The notes beneath the pieces are model-generated. The model made no database searches and had not been told where the DNA came from. It worked only from the letters and a program-made list of their open reading frames with translations. This document shows positions 26,724 to 35,089 of a stretch of DNA of 64,000 nt, in pieces. The DNA is from an uncultured Alphaproteobacteria bacterium (GTDB taxonomy: Bacteria; Pseudomonadota; Alphaproteobacteria; Rs-D84): positions 51,488 through 115,487 of the forward strand of contig CALXLG010000003.1 in NCBI GenBank assembly GCA_944389135.1. The letters are read 5' to 3'. Numbering within the stretch: the stretch's first letter is position 1; the number at the start of each line of letters is the position of its first letter. The position numbers and the translations under genes are program-made.

Positions 26724-27545
26724 TTATTGATTGTCCAAGCATTTAACACGTACAATGCCATCATTATCAATCAATACTGCACCTTGTGACATGCTGTTGC
26801 TGATAAAGTGCGCAGCACGTTCACCATGCCAAGAAATATCTGTTTTAACTTCTTGACCGCATGCATGACCAACGCTGGTTGCGTGATAAATAAAGCAATC
26901 ACGGTTATCTTCTGTTAAAGGCAAGCCGTTATGCAAAACCCAAGTAATACCTAACCATTTCTTAGAAGCACCACCTGATACCAACGGCAAATCATTACCT
27001 ACGTAATCTGCAGAAACAAATTCGTCCATTGACAACAGTTCATTCCATTGATGAACACCAACAACAGCAAATCTACGACCGTCATCAGGAACATCTTTTT
27101 CATTTAATGCCTCTACTGCAGATAAAATCAAATCTTTTGTAAGACCAGTGCTATAATCACCAACAGAGTTTGTTGCTTTGCTCATTGCAGAGATAATTAA
27201 TTCATCAGTTTTACGCCCAAGCGCATATGCACCAGCAGATGCAACTACACGACGTTCATCAACGTTTGTCTTTAATTCATCCAATGCATCAACCCAATCA
27301 CCTGCATAATAATCTTGCAATATACATTCAACAGGTTCATGGTTTAAGTTCATAACAGGAACTATCCCATGACGAGATTTTGTACTGGCCGTACCACGAC
27401 CAACTTTTTGGAAAGTTGTTGAAGCACCAACAACACCGGACTTACTACGAACAGTTGCACGTAGTTTTGTCCCCATTTGCTGATACGCCAAATGTACATC
27501 GGCTTCGAATTGTTTCACGAAGACCTGATCTATGGAAACAGACAT
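26724..27545 (-). CDS. Major capsid protein-like
   Basis: 273 aa. The N-terminus VFVKQFEADVHLAYQQMGTKLRATVR is a pattern I recall from podovirus capsid families. The gene follows the scaffold gene. Confidence 0.6.
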   Translation of the reverse strand: MSVSIDQVFVKQFEADVHLAYQQMGTKLRATVRSKSGVVGASTTFQKVGRGTASTKSRHGIVPVMNLNHEPVECILQDYYAGDWVDALDELKTNVDERRVVASAGAYALGRKTDELIISAMSKATNSVGDYSTGLTKDLILSAVEALNEKDVPDDGRRFAVVGVHQWNELLSMDEFVSADYVGNDLPLVSGGASKKWLGITWVLHNGLPLTEDNRDCFIYHATSVGHACGQEVKTDISWHGERAAHFISNSMSQGAVLIDNDGIVRVKCLDNQ

Positions 27546-27788
27546 ATATTATTCCTTTTTATAATCAAGTGAATTTAATGCGTATAAATAACGCGGCTAA
27601 AATTTTGTATCATGGTTATGCGCTTTAACGCGCCAATATACAAAATACCAAGGTCCTAAAAAGGATTGTCTTGAGAAATTCTTAGTCATACTAAACAAAA
27701 ACATATGACTAAAAATTTCAAAAAATAAAACCGCATAAAAATGCGGCTGTATAGAAAAAGTAAATCCCCGCAATTGCGAGGATTTATA

Positions 27789-28082
27789 TTATTTTTTCTT
27801 TGCACATGCTTTCTTAGCAACTGGTTTTTTTACAGCTACTTTTTTTGCACATACTTTTTTTGCTGCTGGTTTCGCTGCTACTTTTTTTACAGCTACTTTC
27901 TTTGCAACTGGTTTTTTTGCAACAACTTTTTTTGCAGCTGGTTTTGCAGCTACTTTCTTTGCAGCTGGCTTTGCAGCTGGTTTCTTTGCAGCTGGTTTAG
28001 CTGCTGCTTTTTTTGCAACCGGTTTTGCAGCTGGTTTTGCAGCTGGTTTCTTTGCGGCTGGCTTCAAGAATGAAAATGCCAT
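27789..28082 (-). CDS. Lys/Ala-rich histone-H1-like (AKKPAAKPAAK repeat) basic protein
   Basis: The ATG at 28082 follows the RBS aggaga. About 85 aa consist of (A/V)AKKPAAKP-type repeats. The gene has its own flanking terminators at 27741-27788. Confidence 0.7.
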   Translation of the reverse strand: MAFSFLKPAAKKPAAKPAAKPVAKKAAAKPAAKKPAAKPAAKKVAAKPAAKKVVAKKPVAKKVAVKKVAAKPAAKKVCAKKVAVKKPVAKKACAKKK

Positions 28083-28185
28083 TCTTCTCTCCTTTTTATT
28101 TTTTGGATAGAACAAATTTGTTTTGTTCTTACTTTATATTTTATATGAAACAAAAATATTAGTAAAGAAGAAAGTGCATTTTTTT

Positions 28186-28842
28186 CTATGAATATAATTT
28201 TTTAAAACCATTTTCTATCTTTCTAACATACTCTGGATCTTGGTCGCGCCAATATTTTGGATCTTGCATCATGCGTCTTAAATCATTATCTGTTAAATTT
28301 TTTGATGCGAAATCATCTGTACGAACACTTGGTTCCATTGATTGCATCATTTTGTAGACACCTTGAATTCCCTGGGCTGTAGAACACAACTCTTCAAAAG
28401 CATTTGCAGGTAAATATTTTTCACCAAATGATTTTATTGCATGCAATGCTTCATTCATTTTTTCTTCACCACCAAAAAAATTTTTTAATTCCATAATTTC
28501 TTTATTTTCATTTTGCACATTAAATAAATCTGAAATTATTGGTGATAAATAATCTTCTGCAAGTTTATAAATTTTTTCAACCTGCGAAGATGTTAAACCA
28601 ATTTCAAAAAATTTATTACGCAAATCTTCATCATCAAACATCGGATTTGCAGGATATGCATCTGCGCTTTCTGGGACACCAATTGCGCGATAAAATTTTG
28701 TGCGTGTTTCTTTGTCTGCATCATCAGCAGGTACAGAAATCATCGTTCCAATCTTTTTTTCTAATTCAGAATAAGATTTTAATAATGCATTTGTATTTAA
28801 AGTTCCGTCTTCATTTAGAAATTTTTCTGGAATTTTTTCCAT
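28186..28842 (-). CDS. Phage scaffolding (capsid assembly) protein-like
   Basis: The product starts MEKIPEKFLNEDGTLNTNALLKSYSELEKKIG, a typical scaffold N-terminus, and is acidic and helical. The longer track ORF has an implausible hydrophobic extension. Confidence 0.55.
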   Translation of the reverse strand: MEKIPEKFLNEDGTLNTNALLKSYSELEKKIGTMISVPADDADKETRTKFYRAIGVPESADAYPANPMFDDEDLRNKFFEIGLTSSQVEKIYKLAEDYLSPIISDLFNVQNENKEIMELKNFFGGEEKMNEALHAIKSFGEKYLPANAFEELCSTAQGIQGVYKMMQSMEPSVRTDDFASKNLTDNDLRRMMQDPKYWRDQDPEYVRKIENGFKKLYS

Positions 28843-29032
28843 TTCGTCTTCCTTTTGTTTCGCTTGATTTACGCAGAAAATAAATTCCGCCCAAAGTAAA
28901 GATTGCTTGCAACATTGTAAATATATCTGTGTCACCAACCAGATATGCACCAATAGCAGATAATATACCAACACCTGATATTATATAAGTTCTATGACCT
29001 GCTAAAAAACCACCTTTGATAATTTTATTCAT
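28811..29032 (-). CDS. Holin-like small membrane protein
   Basis: 73 aa with two TM segments and a basic C-tail. It lies immediately downstream of the cell-wall hydrolase gene. Confidence 0.5.
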   Translation of the reverse strand: MNKIIKGGFLAGHRTYIISGVGILSAIGAYLVGDTDIFTMLQAIFTLGGIYFLRKSSETKGRRNGKNSRKISK

Positions 29033-29041
29033 CTCAAAATC

Positions 29042-29443
29042 CTATGCATAAAAAAGCAAACCGTCTATATCGGCAACATATCCAATTGATTGCGCCCATA
29101 TCGGCATTTCTTCTGCATGATGAAAACGTGTGGCACCATTACAAGCATCAATTAAACCACCTTTTATCATTCTGCTTACTACACGCAAGCACATTTGAAA
29201 ACCACGACTATTTATATCTATGTCTGCAATTTTTTCTTTATTTCTTAATGCTGGAAATATATCTGCATCGTTTGCAATGTCTTCAAAAGTTCTACCACTA
29301 CGACAAGATATATTTTTTATCATTGATGTAATAGCTTCTACTGCAGGCAAAGATATAGCACGTGTTTCTGAATAAACAACGCGCGCAATTTTATATGTTA
29401 TTCTTTTATTTTCATCTGTGTTTTTTATCAGTTCCAATTGCAT
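29042..29443 (-). CDS. SleB-type cell wall hydrolase (endolysin-like)
   Basis: The sequence IARVVYSETRA...NGATRFHH...W...IG..LFY follows the Hydrolase_2 (SleB) pattern. Confidence 0.65.
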   Translation of the reverse strand: MQLELIKNTDENKRITYKIARVVYSETRAISLPAVEAITSMIKNISCRSGRTFEDIANDADIFPALRNKEKIADIDINSRGFQMCLRVVSRMIKGGLIDACNGATRFHHAEEMPIWAQSIGYVADIDGLLFYA

Positions 29444-29602
29444 CTGACGCCGACCTTTATTTTTGAAAAATAAAAAGCCGCACAAAATGTGCGGCTTAAA
29501 AAAAATCCGTAAAACTTTACGGACACAATCTTTACTGTTTATGTTTTATATAATATCATATTTTACATATTAAGTCAAGTTTTTTATTTTGTTAGTGGCT
29601 TT

Positions 29603-30268
29603 TTATAAAGATATTTCATCACCATATGTTAAAAAATACTCTGCACCTTTTCTTAATATCAAAGCACCGTTTTCATTGATACCAATTAAATCTACTGTAT
29701 CACCACGATATTTTACTTTGCCTTTTAACCCAGTTGCCAAGTCCATCCAACGCGCCCGAACATCTGCAAAATCTTTTTTACGCCATTTATCTAAATTATT
29801 CATCAGTCTTTTTAACACATCAGATTTTTCAACTTTTATATAATTATCCAATTTTGTGGTTTGATAATCTTGAACAGTCGGATTAGATTTAATGTTAATT
29901 CCAATACCAACAACAACATAATTTCCAGAATATTCTGTCAAAGTACCAGATACCTTTTTGTTATCTATTAATATATCATTAGGCCACTTTATTGTCGGTT
30001 TTATTCCAAAACTAATTAAAGTTTCCGCAATTGCGACTGCAACGGTATAAGAAAGTTTTGGGTCGCGCTCTTCTATCTCATAAATAAAGCTGACATATAA
30101 ATTACCATGATGCGAAACCCATTTACGTTTATATCTGCCACGTCCTGCACTTTGTGCTTCTGCCATAACCGCGACATGATCACCTGCCCGCCCACTTGCA
30201 ATTAAGTCCAATGCATATGTCTGGGTACTGGGTATTTTATCAAAAGAAATTAATTTATAGTTTGCCAA
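29603..30268 (-). CDS. birA: Biotin--[acetyl-CoA-carboxylase] ligase, group I (no N-terminal HTH)
   Basis: Contains the motif QSAGRGRYKRKW (GRGRxGRxW). The only start that retains the N-terminal STQ region is the TTG at 30268. Confidence 0.85.
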   Translation of the reverse strand: MANYKLISFDKIPSTQTYALDLIASGRAGDHVAVMAEAQSAGRGRYKRKWVSHHGNLYVSFIYEIEERDPKLSYTVAVAIAETLISFGIKPTIKWPNDILIDNKKVSGTLTEYSGNYVVVGIGINIKSNPTVQDYQTTKLDNYIKVEKSDVLKRLMNNLDKWRKKDFADVRARWMDLATGLKGKVKYRGDTVDLIGINENGALILRKGAEYFLTYGDEISL

Positions 30269-30674
30269 TTATATAAACACCATTTTTATTCTGAATAAAA
30301 TCTTTACCGTAATTTTTTCTTAATTGATATATTGCAGTATCAACAGCGTGCGTAGTCATATTAGGCATATAGCCTAAAACCTTTTTTAATGCATTCAAAG
30401 AAAGCCCACCCGTTTTATATAGCCAAACAACAATCTGCGCCTGTAATTGAGGCAAATAAACTGCTTTGCCGAAAACATCTTGCAATATTTTTGTGTTATC
30501 CAATGCGCTAAGTATAACTGCTTTTAAATCAAGTGCAGAAATAGGGATTTCCAGACTTATATCATCTAAATTAACTTCTGCTGTATCTGGCGCATCCAAG
30601 ACAACCGCGTTCAAATCCGCCAATATATGTCGCCAAACAACATCTGAAGAATATATTCTAATTCCCGTCAGCAT
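30255..30674 (-). CDS. Orphan winged-helix DNA-binding protein (OmpR/PhoB-type effector domain, no receiver)
   Basis: The C-terminal ...THAVDTAIYQLRKNYGKDFIQNKNGVYIIG follows the trans_reg_C pattern. It overlaps birA by 14 nt. Confidence 0.55.
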   Translation of the reverse strand: MLTGIRIYSSDVVWRHILADLNAVVLDAPDTAEVNLDDISLEIPISALDLKAVILSALDNTKILQDVFGKAVYLPQLQAQIVVWLYKTGGLSLNALKKVLGYMPNMTTHAVDTAIYQLRKNYGKDFIQNKNGVYIIGKL

Positions 30675-30760
30675 AAGTCTAAGATTAATAAAAAATATTT
30701 AATTGTCCATAAAAAAAGCCACGACCAAATGCCGTGGCCCTGTATCCAAAACAACAAGAT

Positions 30761-31006
30761 TTATTCACGACCTTGGTTCTGTGGTTCTATAAACTTAGTA
30801 AAATCTTGTATGCTTGCACCCGTAGAAGACAATATCTTTGAAATACTGTTTGTTGACGGCCATCTTGGCTGCCCTTCCTTTGACCAACGTTTGCTTTTAT
30901 TAAACGTTGTTGGATCCAATCCACTACATTTTGCTAATCCGGAACAAGACATTCCGTGTTCTGTTGCAAAGCGTTCTATTGCCCGCCATACATCTTCATG
31001 GGTCAT
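30761..31006 (-). CDS. Small HTH DNA-binding protein (phage-repressor-like N-terminal domain family)
   Basis: The sequence WRAIERFATEHGMSCSGLAKCSGLDPTTFNKSKRWSKEGQPRWPSTNSISKIL is a family pattern conserved in alphaproteobacteria. Confidence 0.65.
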   Translation of the reverse strand: MTHEDVWRAIERFATEHGMSCSGLAKCSGLDPTTFNKSKRWSKEGQPRWPSTNSISKILSSTGASIQDFTKFIEPQNQGRE

Positions 31007-31170
31007 TTTTCTCTCCTCTGGTTAACAATAGCGTCCAAAGCCTTTATATAGAGCTACGACGTTCTACCTATTGTTGATTTTATTCAAGGGGACAAATCTT
31101 ATCAATAAGGACCATTTCCTACAAAAAACAAGCACAAAAAATATACTAAAAATTTTTTTGACAAAAATAC

Positions 31171-31199
31171 TTGACAAATATAAAAATATGTATTACATT
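31171..31199 (+). promoter_or_regulatory. Sigma70-like promoter of the sRNA candidate
   Basis: TTGACA (31171-31176), a 17-nt spacer, then TACATT. A second overlapping TTGACA lies at 31158. Confidence 0.5.
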
Positions 31200-31204
31200 T
31201 CGAT

Positions 31205-31395
31205 TCGTCAAAAGGAAACACCTGATGACTGGTGTGAAAGCACCATGGGGTTCGGGGATTCAGACTCCCTCCTACATTCTCTCTCCTCTGGACTCTGGGC
31301 CCCAAAAACTTAGTTTAGAATGCCCAATTTCTTTTTCTCCTTTCCTTCCTTTCGGGGCATTCGGAAACACCGCCGGAAACGGCGGCGTTTTTTTT
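31205..31395 (+). ncRNA. Candidate trans-acting sRNA with two CU-rich hairpin loops
   Basis: Hairpin 31261-31268/31290-31297 has the loop CUCCUACAUUCUCUCUCCUCU. Hairpin 31318-31325/31355-31362 has the loop ...UUCUCCUUUCCUUCCUUUC.... The terminator is CCGCCG-GAAA-CGGCGG plus T8 (31370-31395). No credible ORF is present. Confidence 0.5.
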
Positions 31396-31405
31396 ATTTC
31401 TTTTT

Positions 31406-32332
31406 TTATTTCTTTTGAAAAACGGAAAATAATTCCCAATGCGAACTGCCAACGAACTGGTCCACTGGGCGCAACTCTTTTAACTCGTAACCACCGCGTA
31501 ATAATATAGCCATATCTCGCTTAAAAGTATCGGGGCTACAAGAAACATATATTATGCGTTTCACATTACTTTTTACTAATTCTTTGCACTGCGCCAACGC
31601 ACCTGCACGTGGTGGGTCCATAACCACACAATCGTATTGTTGCAACATACCAACAGTCAGTGGACTTTTAAATAAATCACGTTTTATACCAGTACCAACA
31701 ATATCAAAACCAGTAGCATTAAGTACAAATGTAAAATTTCCAAGTCCACAAAACAAATCTGCAATTTTATGATACCCTTTTGCAGCATTTACAACCATAT
31801 CTCTTAACTCTTTCTCACTTTGCATTGTTGGTTGTAAAAAAGCACCAGCTGGATATTCAACTTTACGGTCATCAAAACTTATAACAGGCGTTTCTGTTTG
31901 CTTTACAGGCTTGCCGTTCCAAGTAAATCTTATAACAGGCAGGCTTAAAACAGCTTTCTTTAATTCAGTTGAAAAATAAGGCGTATTAGAAGTAACAGCA
32001 ACATCTATTCCGTTATCACATAGCGTTACCAAACAAGCCCCCGCCCCACACCAAGGCAACCTAGCCAGCTTACTTAAAAGACCATTTATTTCCGGCATTA
32101 ATAACGGGCAATTGCTTATCGAAATTATTTTTTTAGAACCTTTCTCATAAAAACCAAAATCACCGTCTGCAAAGGCAAAATCTGCCCTGCGTCTTGTGCC
32201 ACTTTCAGTCCAAAACGGCTCTTTAGTTATAGGTAAATCTTCTATAAGCTTTAGCTTTTCACTGTGATAATTTTGCGCTGTAAAGTCATACTTACAGCCA
32301 CCACACAAACCAAAGAACGGACACTTTCCCAT
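31406..32332 (-). CDS. RNA (uracil-5-)-methyltransferase, RlmD/TrmA family
   Basis: It has an N-terminal Fe-S Cys cluster (CPFFGLCGGCKY), the SAM motif DLFCGLGNF, and MDPPRAG and YVSCSP motifs. Confidence 0.8.
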   Translation of the reverse strand: MGKCPFFGLCGGCKYDFTAQNYHSEKLKLIEDLPITKEPFWTESGTRRRADFAFADGDFGFYEKGSKKIISISNCPLLMPEINGLLSKLARLPWCGAGACLVTLCDNGIDVAVTSNTPYFSTELKKAVLSLPVIRFTWNGKPVKQTETPVISFDDRKVEYPAGAFLQPTMQSEKELRDMVVNAAKGYHKIADLFCGLGNFTFVLNATGFDIVGTGIKRDLFKSPLTVGMLQQYDCVVMDPPRAGALAQCKELVKSNVKRIIYVSCSPDTFKRDMAILLRGGYELKELRPVDQFVGSSHWELFSVFQKK

Positions 32333-32346
32333 ATTAATATATCAAC

Positions 32347-32994
32347 TTAAAAATTTACACGTGCACCGACACGAAACTGATGTGCTGTTGGTGTTAAATC
32401 TGATATTACATCAAACTTTGGGCTAAACATATATAAATATCTATATCCAAAATCTAATGCAAAGTATTCACCTAATTCTACGCCCAGTCCAGCCATAAAA
32501 GATGCAACTGGTGTAATTTTGTTTTCAATACTTACTTCATCAACAGAATTCCACGATATACCAGCACCAATTCCAACATAAGGTACCAAACGCTGGTTAT
32601 AAAATAAGCGATAAAGGTTATCTATTCTTGCGTCAAAAATTGCGTTTACCATTGCAACATCTGATGTCATATCAAAAGCGTTCCATTTCGCAACAGTTCT
32701 GGCATAATTTGCTTCTAACCTAAAAATATCATAAAGGCGAGTACCTGCAACAACATCAAAAGAAGATGCATTTTCACCTTTTAGCTGAACACCACCATCA
32801 TAATAATTATCCCACATAGAAAAGGTGTAATATCCACCAACATAAAAGCGATGCTGTCTGGCAAAGGCTTCGGAATCTTTACCAGTGATTGTTGTTTCTT
32901 CTAACACAACAGACTGTTCTACACGATAAGGAATTTCAGCATGCGCCATTACTGGCAACATTAATAAAACACCAAGTAAAATTTTTGTTTTCAT
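32347..32994 (-). CDS. Outer-membrane beta-barrel protein (OmpA-like/porin family)
   Basis: It has a signal peptide, alternating hydrophobic strands and a C-terminal ...GARVNF. Confidence 0.65.
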   Translation of the reverse strand: MKTKILLGVLLMLPVMAHAEIPYRVEQSVVLEETTITGKDSEAFARQHRFYVGGYYTFSMWDNYYDGGVQLKGENASSFDVVAGTRLYDIFRLEANYARTVAKWNAFDMTSDVAMVNAIFDARIDNLYRLFYNQRLVPYVGIGAGISWNSVDEVSIENKITPVASFMAGLGVELGEYFALDFGYRYLYMFSPKFDVISDLTPTAHQFRVGARVNF

Positions 32995-33015
32995 TTTTTA
33001 ACCCTTATCTTATTT

Positions 33016-33780
33016 TTAGAAATTAACACGGAAAGAAGCAACGATATTGCTAATATTATCAACACCGCCTTCTCTTACATTCCAGCCAAAACCGTTACCT
33101 ATCATCATTTGATATTGATACATGACATCAATTCCAATCAAATCATTTAGCATAACATTAAACCCAAGCGTTGCACGTGGTGCAGCAACAACAAAACCAT
33201 CTGCCCCCGTTTCACCGTCAAATCTGTATTGTCCCAACGCAGCACCAATTCCCATAAATGGAACAAAAGTTCTTCTGGTTGTAATATCACCAGACATAAC
33301 ATAACGTCTTGCAAAATCAAAATACAACATTCCACCAACAGTTTGATATGAAGCCTGCATATCATCTAAACCAGAAAAATTAAATGTAGATTCTTGTAAA
33401 TCAATTTCGGTTCTGACATATGAGGAAAGATTCCACCCTAAACCAATCTGCGTTGTCCAACTGCCCGAGCTTTCATATTCTTTATCACCAATTTTTGCTT
33501 TATCCGTTGCAAAGCCTAGATTAAAACCGCCCCCCGCACGGATATACATAGACGTTGGTATAAACAACTGCATATCTTCATTTGGCACATTATCCGCAGT
33601 CCGATAAACTTCCAACCCCATTTCACCAGAAGCAGCCTCTGGTAAATCGACGTTTTCACGTGCAGAGACCAAATCTAGTCCTTCTATAATTTCTGCTTTA
33701 AACGCATCAGGACTATAACCCGCAAAGACCGGGATTGAAAATGATATCATCAATATGCTTAACAAAGATATTTTCTTCAT
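33016..33780 (-). CDS. Outer-membrane beta-barrel protein, paralog-like
   Basis: It has a signal peptide and a beta-strand pattern, and its C-terminal ...SFRVNF matches the end of its neighbour. Confidence 0.65.
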   Translation of the reverse strand: MKKISLLSILMISFSIPVFAGYSPDAFKAEIIEGLDLVSARENVDLPEAASGEMGLEVYRTADNVPNEDMQLFIPTSMYIRAGGGFNLGFATDKAKIGDKEYESSGSWTTQIGLGWNLSSYVRTEIDLQESTFNFSGLDDMQASYQTVGGMLYFDFARRYVMSGDITTRRTFVPFMGIGAALGQYRFDGETGADGFVVAAPRATLGFNVMLNDLIGIDVMYQYQMMIGNGFGWNVREGGVDNISNIVASFRVNF

Positions 33781-33865
33781 ATTTTTTCACCTGTACTCAT
33801 TATTAATAAATTTTATCATAAAATGAAACTTGATTCCAGCCAGATTTATTCGTACCATATCTCAT

Positions 33866-34690
33866 ATGAAGAAAAACACAGATAAAAAAATAGCTATTAT
33901 TGCCGGTGCATTAGACTTGCCTTTTTTTACGCGCGATGCATTACGTAAAAATGGTTGGGAAGTATATGTTATCGGTCTAAAAAATTTTTATGACGAACAT
34001 CTAAAACCAGATTTAGTTATTAGATTAGGCGGTGGCGGGCGTGCCGCACGTGAATTAAAAAAACGTGGCATACGAAAGATTACTTTCGTTGGGGCATTAG
34101 GGCACCCGAACCTATCAGATATAAGACCTGATTTATGGTCTTTATCTGCGTTAATTAGTATTATGAAACACCAGCGGGGGTATGATTCTATGGCAATCGC
34201 ATTAAATAAAGTTATAGAAAAACGTGGTTTTGAGGTTGTTGCTGCACAAGACGTTGCACCAGAACTGACTTTTGAAAAAGCAGGGGTACAAACAAAAACA
34301 AAACCTAGCGCCAAAGATAAAAAAGATATAGAACGGGCAATAGAAGTGTCACACACAATTGGTAAACAAGACATAGGTGCATCCGTTGTTGTAGACAAGC
34401 AAGTTATCGCTGTAGAAGCAGCCGAAGGTACAGCAAAAATGCTTGAACGCGTAATTTCAATGCGCAAAGGGCACAAAAAAGCAAGCGGTGTTTTTGCAAA
34501 AATGACAAAACCAGGCCAAGACTTACGTATAGATATTCCTGCAATTGGCGTAGAGACAGTAAAAGCAGTAGCGACCGCAAAACTGCGTGGTATTGTTGTT
34601 AACACAAAAACATGCTTTGTCGTTAACAAACCTGCTGTTATAAAACAAGCCGACAAACTTGGTATTTTTATTTTGGCAAAAGACGAATAA
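33866..34690 (+). CDS. lpxI: UDP-2,3-diacylglucosamine pyrophosphatase LpxI (DUF1009 family)
   Basis: KIAIIAGALDLP at the N-terminus, together with ...IGKQDIGASVVV...QVIAVEAAEGT...MLER..., is the typical LpxI pattern. Confidence 0.75.
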   Translation: MKKNTDKKIAIIAGALDLPFFTRDALRKNGWEVYVIGLKNFYDEHLKPDLVIRLGGGGRAARELKKRGIRKITFVGALGHPNLSDIRPDLWSLSALISIMKHQRGYDSMAIALNKVIEKRGFEVVAAQDVAPELTFEKAGVQTKTKPSAKDKKDIERAIEVSHTIGKQDIGASVVVDKQVIAVEAAEGTAKMLERVISMRKGHKKASGVFAKMTKPGQDLRIDIPAIGVETVKAVATAKLRGIVVNTKTCFVVNKPAVIKQADKLGIFILAKDE

Positions 34691-34736
34691 AAAACAAAAA
34701 AACAAGATATAAAAAAACCGGCATTTGCCGGTATTT

Positions 34737-35066
34737 TTATTCTTTAACAATATCTTGTACAGTTACTTTAAATACAACTGCTTTACCAGCCAATTCTGGA
34801 TAATAATTCTGTGGGAAAGTTATATTAACATCACGACTTTCGCCTTTTTCTGCACCAATCAACTGTTCTTCAAAACCTGGAACGAACTGGCCACTACCCA
34901 ACTTTAATGGGAAACCTGTTGCGGTACCACCTTCGAACTGTACCCCATCCATAAAACCTGCAAAATCAATAATTACAGTATCACCATTTTGCGCACCTGC
35001 ATTACTATCACACGCACCCAAAAATATTGCACCGCAAACTGCAACCGCAGACATTAGTTTTTTCAT
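34737..35066 (-). CDS. Lipoprotein consisting of a trigger-factor-type FKBP PPIase domain
   Basis: It has a lipobox (IFLGAC). The rest, DTVIIDFAGFMDGVQFEGGTATGFPLKLGSGQFVPGFEEQLIGAEKGE...ELAGKAVVFKVTV, follows the pattern of the trigger-factor PPIase domain. Confidence 0.7.
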   Translation of the reverse strand: MKKLMSAVAVCGAIFLGACDSNAGAQNGDTVIIDFAGFMDGVQFEGGTATGFPLKLGSGQFVPGFEEQLIGAEKGESRDVNITFPQNYYPELAGKAVVFKVTVQDIVKE

Positions 35067-35089
35067 TATTACCCCCGTTTTTAATTTAA

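Larger units (their letters stand above)
15608..29443 (-). mobile_element. Phage-derived (podovirus-like) structural and lysis gene cluster, interrupted by host-type genes; no integrase seen
   Basis: It contains fibre-tip, portal, split TerL, fibre-N, tubular-B-like, adaptor-like, capsid, scaffold, holin-like and SleB-like ORFs, all on the minus strand. yraN, a lipoprotein gene and dnaB-HTH-hyp lie on the plus strand inside it. Confidence 0.7.

Noticed and set aside
27741-28073. A 110-aa Cys/Phe-rich plus-strand ORF.
   Set aside because: It is the antisense shadow of the Lys/Ala-repeat gene. The repeat periodicity keeps the opposite frame open, and there is no RBS.
31222-31243. A CUGAUGA...GAAA string reminiscent of a hammerhead ribozyme core.
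   Set aside because: Only 7 nt separate the two boxes, so there is no helix II. The sequence is better explained as the simple hairpin ACACC-UGAUGACU-GGUGU.
33988-34656. Long antisense ORFs inside lpxI (33988-34656), frr (5050-5439), parC (48957-49673 and others) and the acidic protein gene (53249-53818).
   Set aside because: These are shadow ORFs opposite well-supported genes. They have low-complexity or biased composition and lack start contexts.
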